NCBI GenBank assembly: GCA_963706005.1
Contig: CAVPLL010000010.1
Span: 162,459-226,458, forward strand
Direction of reading: 5' to 3'
DNA: 64,000 nucleotides
Source of the DNA: an uncultured Actinomycetes bacterium
GTDB taxonomy: Bacteria; Actinomycetota; UBA4738; HRBIN12
The notes under the pieces are model-generated. The model had not been told where the DNA came from and searched no databases. It worked only from the letters and a program-made list of their open reading frames with translations. The position numbers were made by a program, and so were the translations under genes. Shown in pieces: positions 10,035-19,575 of this stretch. Numbering within the stretch: the stretch's first letter is position 1; each line of letters begins with the position of its first letter.

Positions 10035-10667
10035 TCAGGCCTTCGCGGGCTCGAGCTCGAACCCGAGCTGCTGCGCCGACACCTCCATGCAGGTCCGGTG
10101 CATCCGCGCGGGCGAGACCTCCGAGTCGTTCATGATCACCTGGATCGCGAGACCGTCGATCAGCGTGGCGAGCCGCAGCGCGAGCTCGTCCGCCTCCACG
10201 GTGGAGGTGAACTCGCCGCTCGATTGCCCGCCCCGGATGATGTCGGCGAGCTGCGAGCGCCAGCGCTGGTCGAGCACCTCGCGGTCCTTCGCCATCTCGG
10301 GATCGCGGAGCGCCCGGACCCAGACCTCGATCCACAAGGCCCATTCGTCGAGCCGTCCGAACTCGGGAAGGTAGGCCGGGACGGACAGGTCGACCAGCCG
10401 GCGCAGCTGATCCCTCGCGGAGGGGATCCTGCGGATCTCGCGCGACGTACGCAGGTAGAACTGGTCGTTCGCGAACGTGAGCGCCTCGGCGAGCAGGCGG
10501 TCCTTCGACTCGAAGTAGTACAGGATCAGGCCCGGTGAGACCCCTGCCTCCTCGGCGATGTCGGAGATCCGGGTCTCGGCGAGCCCGCGGTCGGTGATCA
10601 CCCGCGCGGCGGCGTCCAGGATCTCCTGGTGGCGGTCCTTGCCCTGCTTCACGCTTCCGGTGCTCAT
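10035..10667 (-). CDS. TetR family transcriptional regulator
   Basis: Real gene is the last 210 aa of the 925-aa track ORF. Start MSTGSVKQGK. HTH ISDIAEEAGVSPGLILYYFESKDRL. Divergent from an oxidoreductase gene. Confidence 0.85.
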   Translation of the reverse strand: MSTGSVKQGKDRHQEILDAAARVITDRGLAETRISDIAEEAGVSPGLILYYFESKDRLLAEALTFANDQFYLRTSREIRRIPSARDQLRRLVDLSVPAYLPEFGRLDEWALWIEVWVRALRDPEMAKDREVLDQRWRSQLADIIRGGQSSGEFTSTVEADELALRLATLIDGLAIQVIMNDSEVSPARMHRTCMEVSAQQLGFELEPAKA

Positions 10668-10856
10668 GGGTTCCGCTCCCGTTGAACGCGGGCCAATCCC
10701 GACGGGCGGCGCCCCGCTGTTTGAATCGGTGTTCAGCCACTGTACGCCCCTGACCTGGCGTGTCAAACCGTGCCGGTCGCCGGCGCGCTTGACTGGCCGT
10801 TCAAACGCGTGGGAGGATGGCGCGCGACCGGACGCCTCGAGGAGCTCTGAGCGGAC
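10668..10856. promoter_or_regulatory. divergent TetR/oxidoreductase promoter region with repeated GTT(T/C)(G/A)AAC-like half-sites
   Basis: Repeats gttgaacgcg, tgtttgaatcggtgttcag, gtcaaaccg and cgttcaaacgcg lie within 190 bp. These are candidate TetR operators. Confidence 0.35.
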
Positions 10857-12476
10857 ATGGCGAACGTCTACGACGCGATCGTGATCGGTGGTGGCCACAA
10901 CGGGCTGACGGCGGGCGCCTACTTCGCCCGCGCGGGTGCCCGAACGGTGGTACTCGAGGCCAGGAACAAGACCGGAGGCGCCGCGGACACGAGCGCGCCC
11001 TTCCCCGACCACCCCGAGATCAACGTCACGACCTACTCGTACGTCATGTCCTTGATGCCGCCGACGATCATCCGCGAGCTGAACCTGAAGCGGCACGGCT
11101 ACGACGTCACGCCGTTCGGCCCTTACTACCAGGCCTACCCGGACGGCCGTTCGATCACCGTCTACGCGGACGACGCCGCGAGGAGCTATGAGTCGATCGC
11201 CCAGTTCTCCAAGAAGGACGCCGAGACCCTCCCGCAGTGGGAGGCGTGGCTGCAGGACGTCGCGGACGTCCTCGGTCCCCTGCTCCTGCAGAAGCCGCCG
11301 AAGATCGGCTCGATGGCGTTCGGCGACCTGCTCGAGAGCGCGCGGGCCGCGTGGAAGATGCGCAGGCTCGGCGTCCGTGGCGTAGGCGACGTCACCCGGC
11401 TGTTCACGATGAGCATCACCGATCTGCTCGACGACTGGTTCGAGTCCGACCCCATCAAGGGCATGCTCGCGGTGAACGGGGTGATCGGCACGTGGGCCGG
11501 GCCGGACGAGCCGGGCACCGCCTACGTGATGCTGCACCACTCGATCGGCGACGTCGGCGACGGCCACCTCGGCTCGTGGGGGTTCCAGCAGGGCGGGATG
11601 GGGGGCGTATCGGACTCGATCCACCGATCGGCCGAGTCGTTCGGTTGCGAGGTCCGGACCGATGCTCGCGTGAGGAAGATCCTCACCGCCGGCGGGCGGT
11701 TCGTCGGGGTGGCGCTCGAGAACGGTGACGAGCTCCGTGCCCCGCTGGGCGTGACGTGCATCCACCCGAAGACTGCCTTCCTCGACCTCGTCGGCCGCGA
11801 GGAGCTGCCCGCGGACTTCGTGTGGGGCATCGAACGCTGGCGCTCGCGCTCTGGGGTCGTGAAGATCAACGTCGCGATGTCCGAGCTCCCGGACTTCATC
11901 GCCGATCCGGGCAAGGAGATGCAGGACCATCACACGGGGTCGGTCGAGCTCTGCTTCTCGCCGAAGTACGCCGAGGAGGCGTTCCAGGACGCCCACATGG
12001 GCCGCAGGGCGTCCGAACGTCCGTTCGTGGATGGCGTGATCCCGACCACGCTCGACAAGCGGCTCGCGCCCGAGGGTGTGCACGTGTTCTCGATGTTCAC
12101 GCAGTGGGTGCCCGACGACTGGAACCTCGAGCCCCACCGCGACGAGCTCGAGCAGTACGCCGATCGGATCATCGACCTCTACACCGAGCTCGCGCCGAAC
12201 TTCAAGGGCGCCGTGATCGACCGTCAGGTGCTCGGGCCGTATGACATGGAGCAGGAGCTCGGGCTGATCGGGGGCAACATCTTCCACGGCGAGCTCTCCG
12301 TCGATCAGCTCTTCCACATGCGACCGGCGCCCGGGTACGCGGACTACCGGACACCGATCAAGGGCCTGTACCACGGGTCGTCGGCTACGCACGCCGGTGG
12401 CGGCGTGAACGGCATCCCCGGCTGGCAGGCGTATCGTGCGGCCGTGAGGGATCGGGCGGTCAAGAAGCCGCGGTGA
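10857..12476 (+). CDS. phytoene-desaturase-family (CrtI-like) FAD/NAD(P)-dependent oxidoreductase
   Basis: AIVIGGGHNGLTAGAYFARAG dinucleotide fold. 539 aa. Paralog of 32534..34159. Confidence 0.8.
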   Translation: MANVYDAIVIGGGHNGLTAGAYFARAGARTVVLEARNKTGGAADTSAPFPDHPEINVTTYSYVMSLMPPTIIRELNLKRHGYDVTPFGPYYQAYPDGRSITVYADDAARSYESIAQFSKKDAETLPQWEAWLQDVADVLGPLLLQKPPKIGSMAFGDLLESARAAWKMRRLGVRGVGDVTRLFTMSITDLLDDWFESDPIKGMLAVNGVIGTWAGPDEPGTAYVMLHHSIGDVGDGHLGSWGFQQGGMGGVSDSIHRSAESFGCEVRTDARVRKILTAGGRFVGVALENGDELRAPLGVTCIHPKTAFLDLVGREELPADFVWGIERWRSRSGVVKINVAMSELPDFIADPGKEMQDHHTGSVELCFSPKYAEEAFQDAHMGRRASERPFVDGVIPTTLDKRLAPEGVHVFSMFTQWVPDDWNLEPHRDELEQYADRIIDLYTELAPNFKGAVIDRQVLGPYDMEQELGLIGGNIFHGELSVDQLFHMRPAPGYADYRTPIKGLYHGSSATHAGGGVNGIPGWQAYRAAVRDRAVKKPR

Positions 12477-14578
12477 CGTCCGGCTCGTCGGACGGACGGA
12501 GCGCGATCGAGCGGATGCTCGCGGCTCGCTCCGTGGCGGTGGTCGGCGCGAGCGTCCGCGAGGGCTCGGTCGGCAACCAGAGCGTCGTCGAGCTCGTCGA
12601 TGGCGGCTTCGACGGTCGGATCGTCCCCGTGAATCCCAAGTACGACGAGATCCTCGGGATCGCCTGCGTGGGCTCGCTGGCCGGGCTCGGCGAACCCGTC
12701 GACCTCGCGATCCTCGCGGTCTCGAACGCGCTGCTCGAGGACCAGCTTCGCCTGGCCGCGGAGGCCGGCGCCGGGAGCGCGGTGATCTTCGCGAGCGGGT
12801 ACGAGGAGCCACGCGATGGCGTGCCGTCGCTCACCGAGCGGCTCGCGGCCATCGCGCGCCACGCAGGGATGGCCGTGTGCGGTGGGAACTGCATGGGGTT
12901 CGCGAACCTCGAGCGGCGCGTGCGCGCGCTCGGCTTCTACGAGCCGAAGGACGCGCCCGTCGGCGGCGTGACGTTCCTCTCGCACTCGGGGTCGGCGTTC
13001 AGCGCGATGATCCACAACGACCGGGGACTGGGTCTGAACCTCGCGGTCTCGGCGGGGCAGGAGTTCGTGACGACGGTGGCCGACTACCTGCACTACGCCC
13101 TCGAACTCGAGAGCACGACGGTGGCGGGTCTGTTCATCGAGACCGTGCGCGACCCGAGCCGGTTCCGCTCGGCGCTCCAGCTTGCGAACGATCGCGACAT
13201 CCCGGTCGTGGCGCTGAAGGTGGGACGCGAGGAGCGAACGCGCGAGCTCGTGACCGCCCACTCGGGCGCGCTCGCGGGGGAGGACGGTGCGTACGAGGCG
13301 CTGTTCGCCGCGTACGGCGTCTCGCGCGTCGCGAGCCTCGACGAGATGGCGGACACACTCGCGCTGTTCGCCGGAGGTCGGCGAGCCGGACCCGGAGCGT
13401 TGGCGAGCGTGCACGACTCGGGAGGGGAGCGGGCGCTGCTCGTCGACGCGGCCGCGTCCGTCGGTGTCCCGTTGACCGAGATCTCGGGGGAGACCTCGGC
13501 GCGCATGGAGGCGCTGCTCGACCCGGGGCTGCCGCCGGTCAACCCGCTGGACTTCTGGGGCACCGGCAAGGACGCCCACCGCATCATCACGGGGTGCGTT
13601 CGGGCGCTGCTGGACGATCCGGCGGTGGCGGCGCTCGCGTTCTCGGTCGACCTCACGTCGGAGGACTACCCGGAGATGGGCTACGTCGCGATGGCGAGGG
13701 AGACGTTCCCCGAGACCGGCAAGCCGTTCGCCCTCCTGTCGAACTTCTCGAGCGGCATCGACCGTCGCGACGCGAAGCTGCTGGAGGGTGATGGGATCCC
13801 CGTGCTCGAGGGGACGCTCACGGGTCTGGCGGCGTTCGGGCATCTGTTCGCGTACCGGGACTTCGTCGCGCGCGAGCCCGTGACCGGTCGGTCACCCGTA
13901 TCGGGCGAGGTGCGCGAGCGGTGGATCGCGCGGCTGTCGGGCGGGGAGCCGTTCGACGAGCTCGAGGGCCTCGCGCTGCTCGCCGACTACGGCGTCCCGG
14001 TGATCGAGAGCATCCGCGCCGACACCCTCGAAGACGCGATCGCAGCGGCCGAGCGGATCGGGTTCCCCGTCGCAGTGAAGACGGCGGCGCCCGGCGTCCA
14101 GCACAAGTCCGACGTCGGAGGTGTTCGGCTGGGGGTCGACGACTCGGTCTCGTTGGAGGATGCATACAGCGACCTGGAACGCGCGCTCGGTCCCCAGGTC
14201 ACCGTCGCGCCGATGGCGCCGCCTGGGATCGAGATCGCGCTCGGCGTCGTGCGCGATCCGCAGTTCGGCCCGCTGGTGCTCGTCGGGGCGGGCGGCGTGC
14301 TCGTCGAGGTGCTGAAGGATCGGCGCCTCGCGATGGCGCCGCTCGACGAGATCCGGGCACGGTCGATGGCGGACCAGTTGAAGATCCGCCCGCTCCTCGA
14401 TGGGGTTCGAGGCCAGCCCCAAGCCGACGTGGATGCCCTCGGGAAGGCCATCGTCGCGCTGTCATGGCTCGCGCACGATCTGGGCGAACACCTCGAGGCG
14501 ATCGACGCGAACCCGGTGATCTGCGGCCCGGAGGGGTCCATCGCCGTCGACGCCCTCGTGATCCCCCGGTCCGGCTAG
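12473..14578 (+). CDS. NDP-forming acyl-CoA synthetase (acetate--CoA ligase ADP-forming type, fused alpha/beta)
   Basis: N-terminal CoA-binding and succinyl-CoA-synthetase-like domains. C-terminal ATP-grasp. ATGA overlap with the upstream gene. Confidence 0.8.
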   Translation: MTSGSSDGRSAIERMLAARSVAVVGASVREGSVGNQSVVELVDGGFDGRIVPVNPKYDEILGIACVGSLAGLGEPVDLAILAVSNALLEDQLRLAAEAGAGSAVIFASGYEEPRDGVPSLTERLAAIARHAGMAVCGGNCMGFANLERRVRALGFYEPKDAPVGGVTFLSHSGSAFSAMIHNDRGLGLNLAVSAGQEFVTTVADYLHYALELESTTVAGLFIETVRDPSRFRSALQLANDRDIPVVALKVGREERTRELVTAHSGALAGEDGAYEALFAAYGVSRVASLDEMADTLALFAGGRRAGPGALASVHDSGGERALLVDAAASVGVPLTEISGETSARMEALLDPGLPPVNPLDFWGTGKDAHRIITGCVRALLDDPAVAALAFSVDLTSEDYPEMGYVAMARETFPETGKPFALLSNFSSGIDRRDAKLLEGDGIPVLEGTLTGLAAFGHLFAYRDFVAREPVTGRSPVSGEVRERWIARLSGGEPFDELEGLALLADYGVPVIESIRADTLEDAIAAAERIGFPVAVKTAAPGVQHKSDVGGVRLGVDDSVSLEDAYSDLERALGPQVTVAPMAPPGIEIALGVVRDPQFGPLVLVGAGGVLVEVLKDRRLAMAPLDEIRARSMADQLKIRPLLDGVRGQPQADVDALGKAIVALSWLAHDLGEHLEAIDANPVICGPEGSIAVDALVIPRSG

Positions 14579-17500
14579 CTAATCGGCGGGACAGCTCGGG
14601 ACGTGGAGGTAGCGCCGGCACTCCTCGTCCGTGAACCCGCGCGTGACCCGAGACTGCGCGAGTTCGATCGCGTCCCCGAGCGCGATCGGATGCACGATGA
14701 TCCTTCCATCCGAGTAGACCGTCGTGATCCGAGACCCGTCCGGGCTGAACGCGACAGCGGCGACGTCGCTCGGTTCGACTGGCGAGGTGAAGATCAGGTC
14801 TCCCGTCGACGTGTTCCACACCCGGGCCGTTCCGTCGAGGCTTCCGGTCACGAGGCGTCTGCCATCGGCACTGAACGCGCCCGCGATGATCGGCAGCGTG
14901 TGTCCCTCAAGCATCAGCCCCTTGTCTGTGGGACGGCCTGTGGGACGGAGCCGGACATCGTCCCCCTCGAACTCGGCGACCACGTCGCCGTCCGGACTGA
15001 ACGCCACCTGGATGCGTCCACCCTCCGTGTAGACGAACCGAGAGCCGTCGGCGATGATCGCATCCCGGAAGCGATCGGGCGGCAAGGAGGACGTGATGCC
15101 GGTCGCGACGTCCTCGACCCTCCACGGGAAGGCAGAGAACAGGCGGGTCCCGTCGGGACTGAACGTGAGGACATCTGGCCGGAACGGCCAGCAGAACTCT
15201 CCGATCCCAGGCTTGCAGGTACGGTCTTTCGACACCTTCTGCCCAGTCGCGATGTCCCAGATCCGGACCGTCTCATGGCTCGCGCCGGTCGCGAGCAGGC
15301 GCCCGTCCGGACTGAGGGCCACCTGCGGGGAAAGGGCCTCGCCGAATCGACCGGGGATGCTGTTCGTGGCGGTCGGAGTGTCGCTCCGCTTCACGGCGGG
15401 CAGGCGGGTCGACGGGACGCTGAGGATCGCGTGTGCCGAGCTGACGTTCCATACGTGGGCCTTCCCCTCACCATCCCCGATCGCCAGCAGGGACGCGTCG
15501 TCGCTCAGATCGACGGTGAAGACGTCTCGACAGGCATCATCGGGGACGCATGGGACCGCAGGGTCGCTGATCGCGAACGATCGTGAGCCGTTCCGAAGAT
15601 CCCACACCCCGACCGATCCATCACGACCCACAAGAGCAACCACCGTCCCGTCGGTGGTGAACGTGAAGGCCCGGATCCCCTTGCCCACGACCGATGTCGT
15701 ATCGATCGTGACGGCGGGCGCGGCGCGGCGGAGGACGTCTTCCACCTGCGGATCGATGCGCTGATCGACGCTCCGGGCCGTCCGGAACGCCTCGAGGGCG
15801 AGCAGGGTGGCGAGCTGGTGGTCCACCTCGAGGTTCGCAGCCGCCGCCGCTGCGAGCTCGCGAGCGGCCGCGAGCCGCGACGCACGTTCGGCCTTGGCGC
15901 TCTCGTTGAGCGCGAACGCCGTGAGCGTTCCCGCCACGAGCGCCGCGACGGTCAACACCGCTACGAGTGCTCGGAGTCGCTTGACCGAGCGCCGCTCGAC
16001 CGTCCGCTCGCGCTCGCCGCGCGCCGCTTCGGCGGCGCGCTCCGTCTCTCGGCGCGCGATGCTCGCGAGCAGGTAGGCGCGCTCCCCAGGCCCGAGCGCG
16101 AGGCTCGTCGTCGAAGCCCAGGACTCGAGCTGTTCCAGGCGTGATCCGGTCAGCAGGAAGCTCGGCTCGGGGCCGCTCCGTTCCCATTCGTTCGCGGCGT
16201 CCGACAGACGCCGGTGCATCCGGAGGTCCTCGCGGCCCTCGTCGATCCACCCGCGGAGTCGCTCCCAGGCGCCGAGGAGCGCCTCGTGCGCGACCTCGAC
16301 GGTCGGCTCCCGGGTCGAAGGGTCGCGATCGAACGTGAGGAGCCGGTGACGTCCGTAGGAGTCGATGGCCGACTCCATCGCGCTCGCGTCGACCTCGATC
16401 GCCGACAGCTCGGAGAGCGGGACCCGGCGGCGCGTGTCCGCCGTCCCCTCGCCGAGCGTCACGAGCCGCAGGAACAGCTGGCGAACGGCTTCCCGGCCGG
16501 CGGGCTGTCGGGTGGCGTACAGGTGCTCGGCGCTCGCGGCGAGGGCCCCGCCGACGCCGCCGATCTCGCGGTACGCCTCGAGCGTGAGGCGTCCGTCGCT
16601 GGCGCCGGTCGTAGAGCTCGGTGAGCGCGTACTGGACGAGCGGCAGGGCGCCCGGTTGCTCGGCGACGTCCGCCGCGATCTGGGGGACGAGCGCGCCGGT
16701 CGACGTTCAGGCCCGAACGCTCCGCCGGCCGGACGATCGCCCGCTCGAGCTCCTCGGGCGTCAGTGGGCTCAGGACATCGGTGGTCGATCCGAGCAGCTC
16801 GCCGATCCGCGGGTAGCGGAGCGGTCGGTCGTAGAAGTCGGCCCGCAGCGTGACGATCGACTGCGCACCCGGCTGGCCGGGTCGGCGCTCGCGACGCGCA
16901 GACTCTCGAGGAACAGCGCCCGGTCGTCCTCGGTCTCGGTGAGGGTGAACGCCTCCTCGAACTGGTCGACGATCAGCAGGAGCTCGGTGCCGTCGGGGAC
17001 GATCGCATCCGCCACCTCGAGGAGCCCTCTCGGTCCCGACTCGAGGCGGCCGAGGAGGCCCGCGGGCGGACGCACGGCGACCCGCATCAGCGCCGCGTCG
17101 AGCTCCTCGAGCGGGTGGTGACCCGGGTGCATCTCGCTGACGAGCCAGGCGTCGGAGCCGGGGACCGCGCCGCGGCGGATCGCCGCCACCAGACCGGCTC
17201 TGACCACGGAGGACTTCCCGCTCCCACTCGGACCGACGACCGCGATGAACCTCGACGGGTGGTCCACTCGCGATAGCCGCTCGAGCAGCCGCTGGATGAA
17301 CGCCTCTCTGCCGAAGAAGTCGAGGGCGTCGGCCTCGACGAACGGCCGCAGGCCCTTGTAGGGGTTCCGGATATCGGCGACGACGGGCGCGCGGCCGTCC
17401 GTCCTCGTCCCCAGGACCGAGATGAGATCGGCGAGGACCGCCGCGTCGTCATCGGGTTCGTGCGCGAGCTCCGCCCGGCGGAGCGCCTCACCGACCGCCA

Positions 17501-18781
17501 TCGGGAGACGTTCGCCCAGCGTCTCATGAGCCAAGGCGGCGAACCCGTGCAGATCGTCCGCGGTTCGCACCGCGCCGCCTCCGATGGAGAAGTCCGTGAG
17601 GTAGGCGTTCCCCTCCTCGTCGAAGAGCACGTTCGACGCGCGGAGATCGCCGTGCACGACGCCCCGCCGATGAGCGAGCGACAGAGCCGAGGCCACGTGT
17701 TCGAGGATCCGCGTCGCTCGCTCGTGGGCAAGCTGGCCTGAGCCATCGAGGAGCTCGCGCAGGCTGCCGCCTCGGAAGAACCGGGTCACCACGTAGGCCC
17801 GGCCGGGTTCGCGCCAGTAGTCGTAGACGGGCGCGATGTGCTGGTGCTCGAGCGCCGCGACGGCCTGCGCCTCGGGTTCGAAACGGCGCACGAACGCCGG
17901 ATCGTTCGCACGATGCTCGTGCACGACCCTGACCGCGACCTCCCGGCCGACGTTCGGCTGCGTCGCTCGGTAGATGGCGCCGAACGGGTCCTCGCCGATG
18001 CGTTCGAGCAGCCGATAGCCGCGCAGCGGCTCTCCACCGAGATCCAGGTCCGGGCTCTGGGCGAGGATCCGCTCGTGCACCCGGCGAAGATCGGGCGACG
18101 GATCGATGCCGAGCTCGTCGGCCAGCATCTGGCGAGCCCGCTGATACGCGGCGAGCGCCTCCCCCTGACGGCCGGCGCGGTACAGCGCGAGCATCAGCTG
18201 CTCCCAGAAGCGCTCCCGGAGCGGATGACGTGCGGTGAGGGTCTCGAGCTCGCCGATCACGTCCCCGAACTCTCCGAGCGTGAGCTGTGCCTCGGTCCGC
18301 TCCTCGAGGGCCGCGAGACGCAGGTCGTCGAGCCGCGCCGCCTCGGATCGGAGCGACGCTTCTCCGGCGAGGTCGCGCGAAGGCCGGGCCGCGCCACAGA
18401 TCGAGCGCGTGGTCGAACGCGCCGATGGCCGCCGACGCGTCGATGGGTAGGAGTCGCCGCGCATCGCGGAGGAGCGACTGGAAGCGAACGGCATCGAGCT
18501 CCGATGGCTCGGCCCGGAGCACGTAGCCCGCCCGGCTTCCCTCGAGCCGCTCGGCCCCCAACGCCTTGCGGAGGTGCGAGGCGTAGCTCTGGAGGGCGTT
18601 GCGAACCGTCTCGGGCGGCTCCTCTCCCCACACCTCGTCGATCAGCACGTCCGTCGGGACGAGATGGTTGGCGCGCAGGAGCAGGTGGGCGAGGACCGCC
18701 CGCTGCTTCGGGCCCCCCGAGCGCGATCGGGCCGCGACCGTTCTCGAGGACCTCGATCGCCCCCAGGACCCGGAACTCCAT
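14579..18781 (-). pseudogene. decayed paralog of the giant wHTH/BTAD-Ser/Thr kinase-STAND NTPase-TM-WD40 protein
   Basis: Homologous segments lie in at least four different minus-strand frames (18847-18710, 18648-18375, 18494-16770, 16462-14579). One shift maps to a missing base in a GCGCG run near 18375. Kinase motifs are degenerate (VAVR in place of the catalytic VAIK lysine; HGD for HRD; DFS for DFG). The P-loop GPSGSGKSS, TM helix and WD40 repeats are still recognisable. Confidence 0.6.
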
Positions 18782-18864
18782 CGGGCGACGGTAGCCCCTG
18801 GTCGTCGAGATGGGAATGCCGGGCTCCGCCGACGTGCGAGCGTTCACGGCGAGAGCGTCGGCGT

Positions 18865-18897
18865 GGTCGCTGAAAGGTCGCTGAAAGGGTCGGCTCA
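18865..18897. repeat. 11-bp tandem direct repeats (ggtcgctgaaa x2 plus a degenerate third) in a divergent promoter
   Basis: Two perfect copies and one degenerate copy with helical-turn (11-bp) periodicity. Located between pseudogene start 18781 and the HExxH gene at 19045. Confidence 0.5.
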
Positions 18898-19044
18898 GCG
18901 CGCCTCACGCCATCGACACCGGGGGTTCATGAGCCCGGCTCGACCGTTCGCCCATGCGCACGATCGGTCGGCTCGGAGCTCTCGATCCTCGCTCTGGCGA
19001 TACTCGTCGGCTCATGGTCGCTCGCCTCCGGACAGGCATCGGGG

Positions 19045-19527
19045 ATGGAGGTGCGGCCCGGGGTCGTTGTGTTCTCGGACGATCGACCGCAGCGCGAGCT
19101 GGTCCGGTGGGCGGTGACGCGGTTCGAGCGTGCGGGACTGGGCGCTCCGACCGTCGAGATCCGTTTCCACGCGAGCAAGTCCGGGTGCGGCGGTCACCTC
19201 GGCTACGCGAAGGATGGTCGGGTCGACGTGTGCACGGTGCTCGTCAACGAGATGGCACGCCGGAACCTGCTCCACGAGATGGGCCATATCTGGATCGACC
19301 AGAACGTCGAGAGGTCGGTGCGCGATCGGTTCCTGCGGCTCCGTGGCCTGCAGGCGTGGAACGTATCGACGGACGCGTGGGAGGAGCGGGGCTACGAGCA
19401 GGGAGCCGAGATCATGGCGTGGACGCTCGGGAACCGGATCCTCAGCGCGCAGGTCCCGAACAACGACCCCTCGCCGCTCGCTGCGGGGTTCGAGCTCCTG
19501 ACGGGCATCGCCCCTCCGCCGGGGTAG
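19045..19527 (+). CDS. small HExxH (HEMGH) zincin-like protein, copy 1
   Basis: 160 aa. Paralog of 25331..25909, sharing CGG(H/N)LG(Y/F)AK(D/G)GR(V/I)D(V/L)C and LLHEMGHIW motifs. No obvious signal peptide in this copy. Confidence 0.55.
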   Translation: MEVRPGVVVFSDDRPQRELVRWAVTRFERAGLGAPTVEIRFHASKSGCGGHLGYAKDGRVDVCTVLVNEMARRNLLHEMGHIWIDQNVERSVRDRFLRLRGLQAWNVSTDAWEERGYEQGAEIMAWTLGNRILSAQVPNNDPSPLAAGFELLTGIAPPPG

Positions 19528-19575
19528 AGGGCCCGACCGAGCTCATCTGCGCTCGGATCGACCGTGGGCGCGCCG

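Noticed and set aside
10668-12812. 5' 700-codon extension of the TetR track ORF (10035..12812-)
   Set aside because: Antisense to the CrtI-like oxidoreductase. Recognisable TetR sequence starts only at 10667.
12344-13843. 499-aa minus-strand ORF antisense to the acyl-CoA synthetase
   Set aside because: Arg/Asp low complexity and no motifs. The plus-strand gene has clear CoA-binding/ATP-grasp signatures.
18865-18897. Possible CRISPR array from 11-bp repeats
   Set aside because: Only 2-3 abutting units without spacers. Far too short. No cas genes.
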